Assembly: GCA_016927245.1 (NCBI GenBank)
Contig: JAFGNA010000017.1
Location: 17,242-81,241 of the forward strand
Direction: 5' to 3'
Origin: Candidatus Woesearchaeota archaeon
GTDB lineage: Archaea > Nanobdellota > Nanobdellia > Woesearchaeales > WJKR01
Length of the DNA stretch: 64,000 bases
This document shows, in pieces, positions 48,181 through 57,638 of the stretch. Position 1 is the first letter of the stretch. Each line of letters begins with the position of its first letter. A program made the position numbers and the translations under genes. The notes beneath the pieces are model-generated. The model was not told where the DNA came from and did not search any database. It was given only the letters and a program-made list of their open reading frames with translations.

Positions 48181-49640
48181 CCTTCACAGAGGAGACCAGG
48201 AAGAAGTTCGACGCGCTCAGCGTCCCCCAGATCATCCTCACATACGCGCAACTCCACAAGCCGGAAAAACCCGCGTACACCAAGAAGGAGATGATGGAAC
48301 TCCTCGACGTCATCGTCGACAGAAGGGTGCACGAGACGGGCGGCCCACCCGGCATCGACGGCACGATGAAGAAAGCGACAGCAGACCTCATCAAAGCAGC
48401 GGCAAGGTTCCCCGAACAGTTCGCCACGCAGCCCTACACGACCTCACAATACCTGCAGACCAAGCAGATCATCAACCTCTTCGGCAACGAGTTCTTCACC
48501 CAACGGAGCCTGCAACGGTTCTACGACCGGCAGACAGCGCAAGGCATCAACGAGAACTTCAGAGACATCAAGGGCTTCGACACGGAGAAGTTCAAGAAGA
48601 AGAAAGAGAAAGGGGGCAACCCATCAGGATTCGTCGAGAACACCTTCGACTACGACATCGAGCTCCAGCTCTACTTCCTCAGAGGGTTCAACACCGAACG
48701 CATCGGCAACAAGCAACCGATCTGGATAGCGGAAAAGCAAGGAAAGACCAAATCGCTCACGTACAAGCTCAAGAACGAGATAGCAATCCACCTCCCCCTC
48801 ATCAAAGAAGGAACCCTCACAACACTTGATCCTTACGTCATCATAGCACACTACTTCAACGACGAAGAAGTATTCAACCAGCCAATCTACAAGGAGATAT
48901 TCGGGCAGCTCAGCGAGGAGGACAGGTCATTCATCAAGGAGAAGAAGAAGTGGCGGGACGAAGAGAAAGAAAGGAACAACGAGGAACACCCGAAGCTCTG
49001 CAAGCCGGACGAGCAACGCATGAAAAAGATCTGCGACCACCTCAGGCCCTACATGCAAATGATTCCGAAAGAATCACAGGACGGACTGCTCGAGCAGGCA
49101 ATACTCGAGTTCGGAGACATCGACGACATGAGAGGCATCAAGATAGTGCTCCCTGACGACGCGTACTTCAACCAGTACGTCAACCAGCTCATCAGCCACC
49201 CGTTGTTCTACCGTGAGAAACGGCTCGACCAGCACGACGGGACGAAGAAGCGGAAGACGAGCTACCGCGCGTCACACGGCTGGCTGCGATCAGGACGGTT
49301 CGAGCGGCAGGATGAACGATACGAGCTGTACAGCGCGGCGGAGAGGAAGGAGATACACCTCCTCAACATGAGCACCGGCATCATCGACCTGCTCGGCAAG
49401 GACAACAGCTGGAGCTATCACCAACGGCAGCAACGAGAGAAGTACGGCCACTTCTCCAAGGAGCAGAAAGCCATCGCGGACTTCGCGGAGAAACGCATCT
49501 ACGCCATCGCCGACAGCATCACCGACCCCTTCAAGGAAGTGCTGAAAGAGCGAAAATCAGAGTTCGACACGGAAGAGCGATACTACCACGTGCTCGAGGA
49601 ACAAGCAGAACGAGCGCTCATCAAGCTGGCTACTCGTTAA
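48177..49640 (+). CDS. divergent RelA/SpoT synthetase-like nucleotidyltransferase (candidate SAS)
   Basis: GKTKSLTYKL, IDDMRGIKIV, K.SYRASH, EIHLLNM in the canonical order; ATGA overlap with the HD gene. Confidence 0.6.
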   Translation: MTFTEETRKKFDALSVPQIILTYAQLHKPEKPAYTKKEMMELLDVIVDRRVHETGGPPGIDGTMKKATADLIKAAARFPEQFATQPYTTSQYLQTKQIINLFGNEFFTQRSLQRFYDRQTAQGINENFRDIKGFDTEKFKKKKEKGGNPSGFVENTFDYDIELQLYFLRGFNTERIGNKQPIWIAEKQGKTKSLTYKLKNEIAIHLPLIKEGTLTTLDPYVIIAHYFNDEEVFNQPIYKEIFGQLSEEDRSFIKEKKKWRDEEKERNNEEHPKLCKPDEQRMKKICDHLRPYMQMIPKESQDGLLEQAILEFGDIDDMRGIKIVLPDDAYFNQYVNQLISHPLFYREKRLDQHDGTKKRKTSYRASHGWLRSGRFERQDERYELYSAAERKEIHLLNMSTGIIDLLGKDNSWSYHQRQQREKYGHFSKEQKAIADFAEKRIYAIADSITDPFKEVLKERKSEFDTEERYYHVLEEQAERALIKLATR

Positions 49641-50121
49641 CCACGACCAACCGCCGCGCCTTGGGCACGTAGTTGAGCAGGACGACCCCCTCATCCTTCC
49701 CCACGCGCGGCTGCCGCACCTTGCCGCAGCCGAGCACATCACCACCATGCCTGACGATGACGAACTCGTTGCCCGACCCCTGCCAAGGCAAGTCCTCGCC
49801 CTTCAGCCACGAGCGCCGCTGCCCGCCATCAACCTCCACCACGTTCCTAGAAGCGATCGGGGCGAGGAGCTGCGACCCTTCCATGCTGAGACGGAAACCG
49901 TCCGCCTGCCAAGCGCCGAGATAGAGGCCGATGCTATCGATGCGCAACGACTCATAATCGACTCGCTCGACGTCACGGTTGACCACGTACACCTTGCCCT
50001 TGGCGTTCTGGACGAAGACCGCCCAAGGCAACTCCTCGACACCGAACTGCTCCTGCAAGGCCTGCAACAACCGCTTACGATCCTTGCTGTTCAGGAACCA
50101 ATTGCCAGGCGGCAAGCCCAT
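49630..50121 (-). CDS. NIP7/RsmF C-terminal-like PUA-domain protein
   Basis: IGLYLG....DGFRLSMEGSQL, W.KGED, LGCGK, LLNYVPKARR. Confidence 0.78.
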   Translation of the reverse strand: MGLPPGNWFLNSKDRKRLLQALQEQFGVEELPWAVFVQNAKGKVYVVNRDVERVDYESLRIDSIGLYLGAWQADGFRLSMEGSQLLAPIASRNVVEVDGGQRRSWLKGEDLPWQGSGNEFVIVRHGGDVLGCGKVRQPRVGKDEGVVLLNYVPKARRLVVVNE

Positions 50122-50122
50122 C

Positions 50123-51880
50123 TCACACACCCCACACCGGGTTATGCTCCCGCTTGATCTGTGCGACCTCCTTCAAGACCTCCTTCTCATCAGGGGAGAG
50201 GTACTCCACGAGCCGCTTCAACTTACGAAAGTCCTCCTCCGAGACATCACTATACAAGAAGTCCGCCTCCTCCAAGTTGCGGCCGGCAGTCACGTTCGGC
50301 AATGACACCGCGACCTGCCGCCCACGCTCAGCCACGGACAACGACTCCTTATCAGCCTGGATGCCCCGGACCAAGGTGAGCGGCCGGCCGTCCCGCTTCA
50401 TGAGCGGCATGCCCGTCCGCAACGACCCCTTGAGGACCTCGACGCCAGCGATGCAGGGGTTGGACTGGCGGAACACGCAATGCTGCAGCACCTCTATCTT
50501 GCACGGGCGCACCAAGCTGTCAAGCTGCTTTGCCTCGTCCTCCTTGCGGCGCTCCTGCCGCCACGCCTCGTACTCGTCGATGATGCGATAGATGACGTCA
50601 TGCACGATGACCTTGACGCGATCAGTGCTCTTGGCAGGGGCGACGTTGAACCCGAGGACAGCAGCGTACAACGGGTGCTTCTCAGCGTTGGACTCCGCCT
50701 CGCTGACGTCTTTCTTGACGACCTGTCCGACGCTCGCACGCCTGATGGGGATGCCGTGCTCCCGGAGCAATGCGATCATGGCCTCGAGGCTGCCGAGAGT
50801 GTCCGCCTTGATGATAACCCCTTCGTGCTCAGTGGCTATCTGGACGTCGTTAATCTGCGCCGCCACTTCGGCAACGGCGTCAGCAACGCCCGCAGGGCTG
50901 GTGACGAGGACCGGCATGCCCGCAGCAGCCCCCTCCAGGTCCGGCGCCGATATCTTGACGCCCGTGGCGGCGGCTGCTTCCTTGACGCTGCGGAACTTGC
51001 CCTTCCGGTCGCGCATCTCCGTGTTCGGCCACGGCTCGAACAACGCCCGCGCCTTCGCCTGCCTCGGCTCGTCCAAGGTGCCGTACACGAACGTGTCGCC
51101 CACACGCATCCTGCCGTCATAGAGGATGACATCAATGGTCTTCCCCAACCCCTTGTCCTCCTTGACCTCGAGGATGACGCCCTTGCCCGGGCCGCTGACA
51201 TCAAAGGACAACGACTGCTCCAAGTACCGTTGCGCGAGCCCCGAGATGACGAGGAGGAGCTCCTGCAGGCCGAGGCCTGTCTTCGCAGAGCACGGCACGA
51301 TGGCGACCTGTTTGGTGAAGTCATCCACGCGGTCGAAGCGCTCCGCCTGCAACGAGAACCGCTCGTACAGGACGCCGACGAGCCCGTACAACTTGGTGTC
51401 CACGTCGCGAGCGACGTGCTCCGCCTGCGCCGCCAACTGGCTGACGAGGGGCCCGTCCTTGTTGGAGAACCCGGGGATGAGGTCGAGCTTGTTGGCAGCG
51501 ACGATGAACGGCGTCCTGGTGTTCTTGAGGATCTCGACTGACTCGAGGGTCTGCGGCTTGCAACCCTCATTGATGTCAACGACGAGGATGGCGATGTCCG
51601 CGAGCGAACCGCCCCTGCTCCTGAGCGAGGTGAACGCCGCGTGCCCGGGCGTGTCGATGAAGAGGAGTCCGGGGATGGTGAGGTGGAGCTTGGTCTCGTC
51701 GAGGAGGCTGCCGAGCCGCTGCTTGATGGTCTCTGCGGGGATGATAGAGGCGCCGATGGCTTGGGTGATGGCGCCGGCCTCGCCCGCGACGACGTCGCTG
51801 CCCCTGATGGCGTCCAGGATGCTTGACTTCCCGTGGTCGACATGGCCCAGGACCGTGACGATAGGGCTGCGGATGCTCAT
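50123..51880 (-). CDS. infB: translation initiation factor aIF5B (IF-2)
   Basis: RSPIVTVLGHVDHGKSS, GAITQAIGA, DTPGH, NKLD, KADTLGSLEA; true start ATG 51880. Confidence 0.96.
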   Translation of the reverse strand: MSIRSPIVTVLGHVDHGKSSILDAIRGSDVVAGEAGAITQAIGASIIPAETIKQRLGSLLDETKLHLTIPGLLFIDTPGHAAFTSLRSRGGSLADIAILVVDINEGCKPQTLESVEILKNTRTPFIVAANKLDLIPGFSNKDGPLVSQLAAQAEHVARDVDTKLYGLVGVLYERFSLQAERFDRVDDFTKQVAIVPCSAKTGLGLQELLLVISGLAQRYLEQSLSFDVSGPGKGVILEVKEDKGLGKTIDVILYDGRMRVGDTFVYGTLDEPRQAKARALFEPWPNTEMRDRKGKFRSVKEAAAATGVKISAPDLEGAAAGMPVLVTSPAGVADAVAEVAAQINDVQIATEHEGVIIKADTLGSLEAMIALLREHGIPIRRASVGQVVKKDVSEAESNAEKHPLYAAVLGFNVAPAKSTDRVKVIVHDVIYRIIDEYEAWRQERRKEDEAKQLDSLVRPCKIEVLQHCVFRQSNPCIAGVEVLKGSLRTGMPLMKRDGRPLTLVRGIQADKESLSVAERGRQVAVSLPNVTAGRNLEEADFLYSDVSEEDFRKLKRLVEYLSPDEKEVLKEVAQIKREHNPVWGV

Positions 51881-51961
51881 AGAGGAGGGTGAGGACACCT
51901 CCTTTTTAAAGGTTCTTTTTGGGGGAACACTATTTAAACGAGCGGTGCTTGCCCGCACGCC

Positions 51962-53008
51962 ATGCGCACCGTCACCGAAGGAAGAGCGGTCATCGCAGTC
52001 CCTGACGAGGAAAACCTGACCAAGAAGGCGGACGTGTTCTACAACCCCGCCATGAAGAGCAACAGGGACTTGAGCATCCTCATCCTCCTCGCGAGGGGGA
52101 AAGAAGGGCTGCGCGTGTGCGACCCCTTGGCAGGGAGCGGCGTCCGCTCCTTGCGGTTCCTGAAGGAGTTGCCAAGAGGCATGATCAGCAACCTCGCCGT
52201 GAACGACGCGAAGCAAGGATTCCCTGACCTATTCGGGGAGAACGCCGCGCGCTCACGAGCATCGCTGGAGCGCGTGGCCGTCACGGCGAGGGAGGCGAGC
52301 AAGCTCCTCCTCGACTGCGAGGCGCAGGACTACATCGACATCGACCCGTTCGGCAGCCCGAACGAGTTCCTCGACGCCGCGTGCAAGCGGTGCAGGCGCG
52401 GAGGCCTCCTCGCAGTGACCGCGACGGACACCGCGCCGCTGTGCGGCACCTATCCCCGCGCGTGCAAGCGGAAGTACTGGGCAATCCCTAGGAGGGACCA
52501 CCTCATGCACGAGTACGGCCTGCGCATCCTCATCAGGAAGTGCCAGCTCATCGCCGCGCAGTACGGCCGCGCGCTCACGCCCTTGTTCAGCTACAGCAAG
52601 GACCACTACTTCCGCGTGTTCTTCGCGGTTGAGGAGGGAAAGAGCAGGGTCGACGCCTTGCTCGACCAACATGCCATGGTGGATGGCTACGGCCCGTTAT
52701 GGCGAGGACCGCTGTGGGACGTCCCCTTGGTCGAGCGGATGCTCTCCCTCGCACGGGAGCGGTACCCAGACCAAGAGCGGTTCCTCGCGCTCATCAACGA
52801 GGAGGCGGCCGCGCCCTCACTAGGGTTCCACGACGTGCACGTCTTGTGCAAAGGGCTCGGGTGTGAGCCGCCGAGGCACGACGCCATCATGGCCTGCCTC
52901 GAGGAGAAAGGCATCAGGGCTGCGAGGACGCACTTCTCCCCCACGGGAATCAGGGCGGCGTGCGATGAGGAGGCCGTGCAGGAAGCCATCAAGGAGGCGG
53001 CGCGGTGA
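51962..53008 (+). CDS. trm1: tRNA (guanine-26) dimethyltransferase
   Basis: VFYNPAM..NRD, LAGSGVR.LR, DIDPFGSP, VTATD, GPLW.G.L, RTHFSPTGI. Confidence 0.93.
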   Translation: MRTVTEGRAVIAVPDEENLTKKADVFYNPAMKSNRDLSILILLARGKEGLRVCDPLAGSGVRSLRFLKELPRGMISNLAVNDAKQGFPDLFGENAARSRASLERVAVTAREASKLLLDCEAQDYIDIDPFGSPNEFLDAACKRCRRGGLLAVTATDTAPLCGTYPRACKRKYWAIPRRDHLMHEYGLRILIRKCQLIAAQYGRALTPLFSYSKDHYFRVFFAVEEGKSRVDALLDQHAMVDGYGPLWRGPLWDVPLVERMLSLARERYPDQERFLALINEEAAAPSLGFHDVHVLCKGLGCEPPRHDAIMACLEEKGIRAARTHFSPTGIRAACDEEAVQEAIKEAAR

Positions 53009-53433
53009 CGGTCAAGGAACGGCTGGGCCGCATCAAGGAAGAATTCGCGGGCGCGGCCTCTTCCAAGGACCGGTTGGAGGTCGTACTGGGCTACGGCGAG
53101 CGGTCGCGACAGGCAAGGCGCGAGGAGTTCTCCGAGGAGGACAAGGTGCCTGGTTGCGCGTCCGACGCGTACCTCAAGGCATCGCTGCGCAAAGGCGGAG
53201 TCTTGCTCGAGACGTACGCCTCCTCATTGGTGATAGCGGGGTACGCCGCCATCCTCACCGAGGCGTTGCAAGGATCGACGCCGAGGGAAATCCTTAATGC
53301 CAGGCGTGACGTCGAGGCGTTCATTAAAAGCACAGGACTGGATGTCAGCTTGGTGCCGTCAAGGACGAACTCGTTCTCGCGGCTGTACGCGTTCATCGAG
53401 CAGAAGGTCGAGAAGATGATTGCTGGGCCTTAG
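53005..53433 (+). CDS. sufE: SufE family sulfur acceptor
   Basis: KVPGCASDAY, S.VIAG, L.PSR.N. Confidence 0.8.
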   Translation: MTVKERLGRIKEEFAGAASSKDRLEVVLGYGERSRQARREEFSEEDKVPGCASDAYLKASLRKGGVLLETYASSLVIAGYAAILTEALQGSTPREILNARRDVEAFIKSTGLDVSLVPSRTNSFSRLYAFIEQKVEKMIAGP

Positions 53434-53708
53434 CCGACCGCGCGCCTGACGTCGACGACCTCGAAGCTGCCCACGCCCTCCAATGAAGTGATATCAGGCT
53501 CGAGCGCGTCAGGGCTGCCCTTGTCCTCGTCCATGACGAACGTGATCCTCAACGCCTTGAGGCCGAACGCTATCGGCTCGACCTCTTCCCGGGTGTCGCC
53601 CTCGCCGGCGAATGCCGCTATCTTCTCCAACACAGAGGCCTTGAGGGATTCCAAGTCCACCTCTGGGCCTTCTGGCATGAGCCTCACCGTCACCACCGCC
53701 ATCGCCAT
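53430..53708 (-). CDS. ef1b: elongation factor 1-beta
   Basis: MPEGPEVDL, EPIAFGLKAL; follows the Zn-ribbon gene in conserved archaeal synteny. Confidence 0.93.
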   Translation of the reverse strand: MAMAVVTVRLMPEGPEVDLESLKASVLEKIAAFAGEGDTREEVEPIAFGLKALRITFVMDEDKGSPDALEPDITSLEGVGSFEVVDVRRAVG

Positions 53709-53735
53709 CGTGCCATTACACCTCGCATACAAGAT

Positions 53736-53909
53736 TCAGTTCGGACCAGTGAACCCGCACTTCGGGCAGGTGTACGGGGTCACGTTCTTGCGTTCGCCCG
53801 ATGAGCGGACGATGGGCTCGAACCCGCACTTCGGGCAGCGGAACGAGACCGCGCCGACATCATTCGTGATGTTCTCCTTGCTGGTCGTGGAAAGGACTCG
53901 CTGTGCCAT
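53736..53909 (-). CDS. DUF1610/HVO_2753-family zinc-ribbon protein
   Basis: F.CPKCG...Y.CPKCGFTGP upstream of aEF-1beta. Confidence 0.88.
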   Translation of the reverse strand: MAQRVLSTTSKENITNDVGAVSFRCPKCGFEPIVRSSGERKNVTPYTCPKCGFTGPN

Positions 53910-54022
53910 ATGAGTCGCAGGAACACCAAGCTGTTTATAAAGGTTGTTGTTGCGTCCCTGAGAAGGATGAATGCCTACGAAGAACACAACATTTAAAAAA
54001 AGGATGCGCGGCCGGGAAGGCC

Positions 54023-54847
54023 ATGGACGGCTATCGGCACGGAGCAGAGGAAGAGCAACGGACGAGCATCGTCGCGACAGGCCTGACCAAGCGCTACGGA
54101 CCGCTCGTCGCCGTTGACAACATATCCCTCTCAGTGCCAGCAGGAGTTGTGTTCGCGTTCCTCGGCCCGAACGGGGCGGGCAAGTCCACCTGCATCAAGA
54201 TGTTCACCTCACTCCTCCAACCAACAGCGGGCGACATCACCCTGGAAGGCATCGACGTCGCCAAGCACCCGCACCGTGCGAGGAAGCACTTCGGTATCGT
54301 GTTCCAGGACCAGAGCCTCGATGACGAGTTGACAGCGTACGAGAACATGGAGTTCCACGCCGTGCTGTACGGCGTCCCGAAACAGGAACGGGAACGCCGC
54401 ATCGACAAGGCGCTGCGCGTCGTCGACCTCGAAGACCGCAGGAAAGACCTGGTCAAGACGTTCTCGGGCGGCATGAAACGACGATTGGAGATCGCGAGGA
54501 GCCTAGTGCACCACCCGAACGTGCTCTTCCTCGACGAGCCCACTACCGGGCTGGACCCGCAGACAAGGCGCAACATCTGGGAGCACATCAAGCAGCTCAA
54601 CCGCGAGCGCGGCATGACCATCTTCTTGACCACGCACTACATGGAAGAGGCAGAGGCCATCGCGGACATCATCGCCATCATCGATCACGGCAGGATCGTG
54701 GCGCAAGGAACCATTAGTGAGCTGAAGCGGCGGACCAAGACCAAGACGCTCGAGGAGGCGTTCCTGAAGCTCACGGGCAAGGACATCCGTGAGGAGCAGG
54801 CGAGCAGCGTCGACCGGATGCGCATGCGTCGGAGGATGCACCCATGA
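54023..54847 (+). CDS. ABC transporter ATP-binding protein (DrrA-like)
   Basis: GPNGAGKS, FSGGMKRRL, LDEPTTGLDP, TTHYMEE. Confidence 0.93.
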   Translation: MDGYRHGAEEEQRTSIVATGLTKRYGPLVAVDNISLSVPAGVVFAFLGPNGAGKSTCIKMFTSLLQPTAGDITLEGIDVAKHPHRARKHFGIVFQDQSLDDELTAYENMEFHAVLYGVPKQERERRIDKALRVVDLEDRRKDLVKTFSGGMKRRLEIARSLVHHPNVLFLDEPTTGLDPQTRRNIWEHIKQLNRERGMTIFLTTHYMEEAEAIADIIAIIDHGRIVAQGTISELKRRTKTKTLEEAFLKLTGKDIREEQASSVDRMRMRRRMHP

Positions 54848-55593
54848 GCGGCGCAGTCTATGTGATGTGGCTCCGGCAACTCAAGCGGTTCTGGAGGAGC
54901 AAGCCGCGAGTCATCGGCGGGTTGGCGCAACCGCTATTATTCCTGTTCGCCCTCGGCATGGGATTCGGGCCTGTGTACGCGGCGGCAGGCCAAGGAGACT
55001 ACCTCCAGTTCCTCATCCCAGGCATCATCGCCATGAGCATCCTGTTCACCGCCATGTTCAACGGCATCGAGGTCATCTGGGACCGCCAGTTCGGGTTCCT
55101 CAAGGAGACCTTGGTGGCGCCGGTGTCCAGGACGGCCATCATGCTCGGCAAGACGCTCGGCGGAGCAACGGTGGCAGTCCTCCAAGGGATCGTCGTGCTC
55201 TGCTTGAGCCTGCTCTTCGGCTACCGGCCGGCGAGCGTCGGCAGCGTCCTGCTCGGCCTCGTGTTCATGACCCTGATAGCCTTGCTGTTCGCCTCGTTCG
55301 GCATCGCCATCGCTTCCAAGATGCGGGACATGCACGGCTTCCAGCTCATCATGAACTTCCTCATCATGCCCATCTTCTTCCTCTCAGGGGCGTTGTTCCC
55401 CCTCGACGGGCTGCCGAAGGCTATCGGCACCGTCACCACGCTCGACCCGCTCACCTACGGCGTGGACGGCCTGCGAGGAGCGCTCACCGGACTCAACCAT
55501 TACTCGCTCCTTCTCGACCTCGGCGTCATGGCAGCGTTGGTCATCATCACCACCCTCATCGGCGCCTACCTCTTCTCAAAGGTCGAGCTGTGA
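54844..55593 (+). CDS. ABC-2 permease
   Basis: WDRQFGFLKE.LVAP.SR, FFLSGALFP, PLTYGVD. Confidence 0.92.
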   Translation: MSGAVYVMWLRQLKRFWRSKPRVIGGLAQPLLFLFALGMGFGPVYAAAGQGDYLQFLIPGIIAMSILFTAMFNGIEVIWDRQFGFLKETLVAPVSRTAIMLGKTLGGATVAVLQGIVVLCLSLLFGYRPASVGSVLLGLVFMTLIALLFASFGIAIASKMRDMHGFQLIMNFLIMPIFFLSGALFPLDGLPKAIGTVTTLDPLTYGVDGLRGALTGLNHYSLLLDLGVMAALVIITTLIGAYLFSKVEL

Positions 55594-55648
55594 GCGGCCA
55601 GCGACGACAAGAGAACATTTATATAATGAGCGGTCATCAGAAGAGGTG

Positions 55649-56830
55649 ATGAAGTACCCGTTCCCCACTCCTGACTACAAAGGAGGGAGCATCGTCAACC
55701 TGATGAGCTCCATCGCTCGCGGCTTCGGGAAGCGGCATCGCTACGCGCAGCTCAAGGCGTTGCGAGCGGAGGAAGTGAGGAAGAGCAGGAATGTCGTGCT
55801 CATCGTCATCGACGGCCTCGGCTACGAGTACCTGTGCGCGCAGGGAGACTCGTACCTGCATCGGCACCTCCGGTCAAGGATGACCTCGACGTTCCTCTCC
55901 ACCACGACGTGCGCCAACACCGCGCTCCTCGTCGGCTACCCGCCGCAGCAGCACGCCCTCACCGGGTGGGATATCAACCTCAAGGAGGCAGGGGCTATCA
56001 CGTCAGTCCTGCCCTTCACCCCTCGCTACGGGGGCGAGCCGTTGACGGCCGCGGGGTTCTCCATGAGCGACGTCATGGGCGCCCCGTCATTCTATGAGGG
56101 GTTCGGTGCGGAGTGCTTCGTCGTCTTCGGCAAGCGCATCGCCGGCAGTGAGTTCACCAGGCATGTCACCAGGCACGCCACGATCATCCCGACTGTCTCG
56201 GTCGCTAACGCGTTCGCCAAGATAACTGCCCTGATCAAGGAAGGCTCCCCTAGGAGGAGGTTCGTCCACGCCTACTTCCCAGGGTTCGACGCGGCGGCGC
56301 ACGATGAGGGCGTCGCGAGCGCGGCGGCGAGGGACGTGTTCCTCGACCTCGACCGGCGGGTGCGAAAGCTGGCGAGGACTATCGAAGGGACTGATACCAA
56401 GCTCGTCGTCGTGGCGGACCACGGGATGATCGACACGACGGAAGAGGCCGAGCTGTTCGTCGAGGACGTCCCTGGCTTGCAGGCGTGCCTGACTGTCCCG
56501 CTCGCGGGCGAGCCCAGGGTCAGGGATTGCTTCGTCAGGCCGAGGAAGACAGAGGAGTTCGAGAGCATCGTGAGGAAGCGGCTCGCCGGTCAGTGCTGGT
56601 GCTACAGAGGAGAACTGCTCGTGAACGACCACCTCTACGGGTTGGGGAAGCCTAACGGGAAGCTGCTCGAACGGGTGGGGGACTACGTCCTCGTCATGAA
56701 GGAGAACTACGTGCTCAGGGACAGGCTCGCGAACGACAAGGAGCGGAAAGCGTCGCCGGTAGACAAAGGGGTCCATGGGGGGGTCAGCGATGAAGAGTTG
56801 TTCGTGCCGCTCATCATCGTTGATTGCTGA
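55649..56830 (+). CDS. alkaline phosphatase superfamily nucleotide pyrophosphatase/phosphodiesterase
   Basis: VIDGLG, STF.STT, D...H, ADHG, HGG.S..E..VP. Confidence 0.88.
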   Translation: MKYPFPTPDYKGGSIVNLMSSIARGFGKRHRYAQLKALRAEEVRKSRNVVLIVIDGLGYEYLCAQGDSYLHRHLRSRMTSTFLSTTTCANTALLVGYPPQQHALTGWDINLKEAGAITSVLPFTPRYGGEPLTAAGFSMSDVMGAPSFYEGFGAECFVVFGKRIAGSEFTRHVTRHATIIPTVSVANAFAKITALIKEGSPRRRFVHAYFPGFDAAAHDEGVASAAARDVFLDLDRRVRKLARTIEGTDTKLVVVADHGMIDTTEEAELFVEDVPGLQACLTVPLAGEPRVRDCFVRPRKTEEFESIVRKRLAGQCWCYRGELLVNDHLYGLGKPNGKLLERVGDYVLVMKENYVLRDRLANDKERKASPVDKGVHGGVSDEELFVPLIIVDC

Positions 56831-56855
56831 ACGAACGCTGGCGGGCGAGCGGTGG

Positions 56856-57626
56856 CTATCGCAGCAGCCTCTGCAGCGAGGGGAGGGATGAGCGCATCGC
56901 CTCCTCGCCGCGCCTGATGAGCACCGAGGAGTTGGGCAATGAGAAGATGCCCCATTCCTGCACGTCAGGCCGCACCCGCACGAAGCGGTGCGCTGATCGT
57001 CGCAGCGCGTGCTCGACGTCCTTCTGGATGAGGAAGTGCAGCGCTTGGCTCATGATCCTGAACCTGCTCGGATGCTTCACCAGCGTCTCGCCGCCGGTCA
57101 CGTCGCTCACGACCACCCTCGCGGTCTTGGGCGCGAGGTGGATCGCGACGGTGGCTGACAGGCCGCCATCGACGAGTAGTCGGCCGTGCGTCTCCATGGG
57201 CGATATCACGCCGGGGAAGGCGCTGCTCGCGTGCAGCGCTGGGAGCAACGCTCCTTTCCTGAACACTACCTCCTTGCCGGTGAAGAGGTCGGTGGCGTTC
57301 ACCACCAATGGTATGCGCAGGTCTTCGAACGTTTCGGCGTCGGTGAACTCCTTGACCAATCGCTCCACGCCGCGGCCGCTGGAGACGCCTTCCCGGGAGA
57401 ATGAGAGGCCGAGCACCTTGCGGAAGGAGAGCTTGGCGGCGTACTTCTCGAGCGCTTCAGCGTCTTCGCAGGAGGCGTACAGCGCGCCTACCAGCGAGCC
57501 GGAGCTCGTCCCGATGATGCGCTTGACCTGGTAGCCTGCCGCCTCGAGGGCTTTCAGGACGCCGATGTGCGCCAATCCCCTGACGCCCCCTCCTGACAGC
57601 ACGACCGTGACGTTGCGTTTTCCCAT
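56856..57626 (-). CDS. patatin-like phospholipase
   Basis: SGGGVRGLAHIG, GTSSG, DGG. Confidence 0.92.
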   Translation of the reverse strand: MGKRNVTVVLSGGGVRGLAHIGVLKALEAAGYQVKRIIGTSSGSLVGALYASCEDAEALEKYAAKLSFRKVLGLSFSREGVSSGRGVERLVKEFTDAETFEDLRIPLVVNATDLFTGKEVVFRKGALLPALHASSAFPGVISPMETHGRLLVDGGLSATVAIHLAPKTARVVVSDVTGGETLVKHPSRFRIMSQALHFLIQKDVEHALRRSAHRFVRVRPDVQEWGIFSLPNSSVLIRRGEEAMRSSLPSLQRLLR

Positions 57627-57638
57627 GGTTGAGCAGCC

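Noticed and set aside
51881-52216. N-terminal extension of aIF5B in the ORF track
   Set aside because: It overlaps trm1 on the opposite strand and the divergent promoter; family homology begins at MSIRSP (51880).
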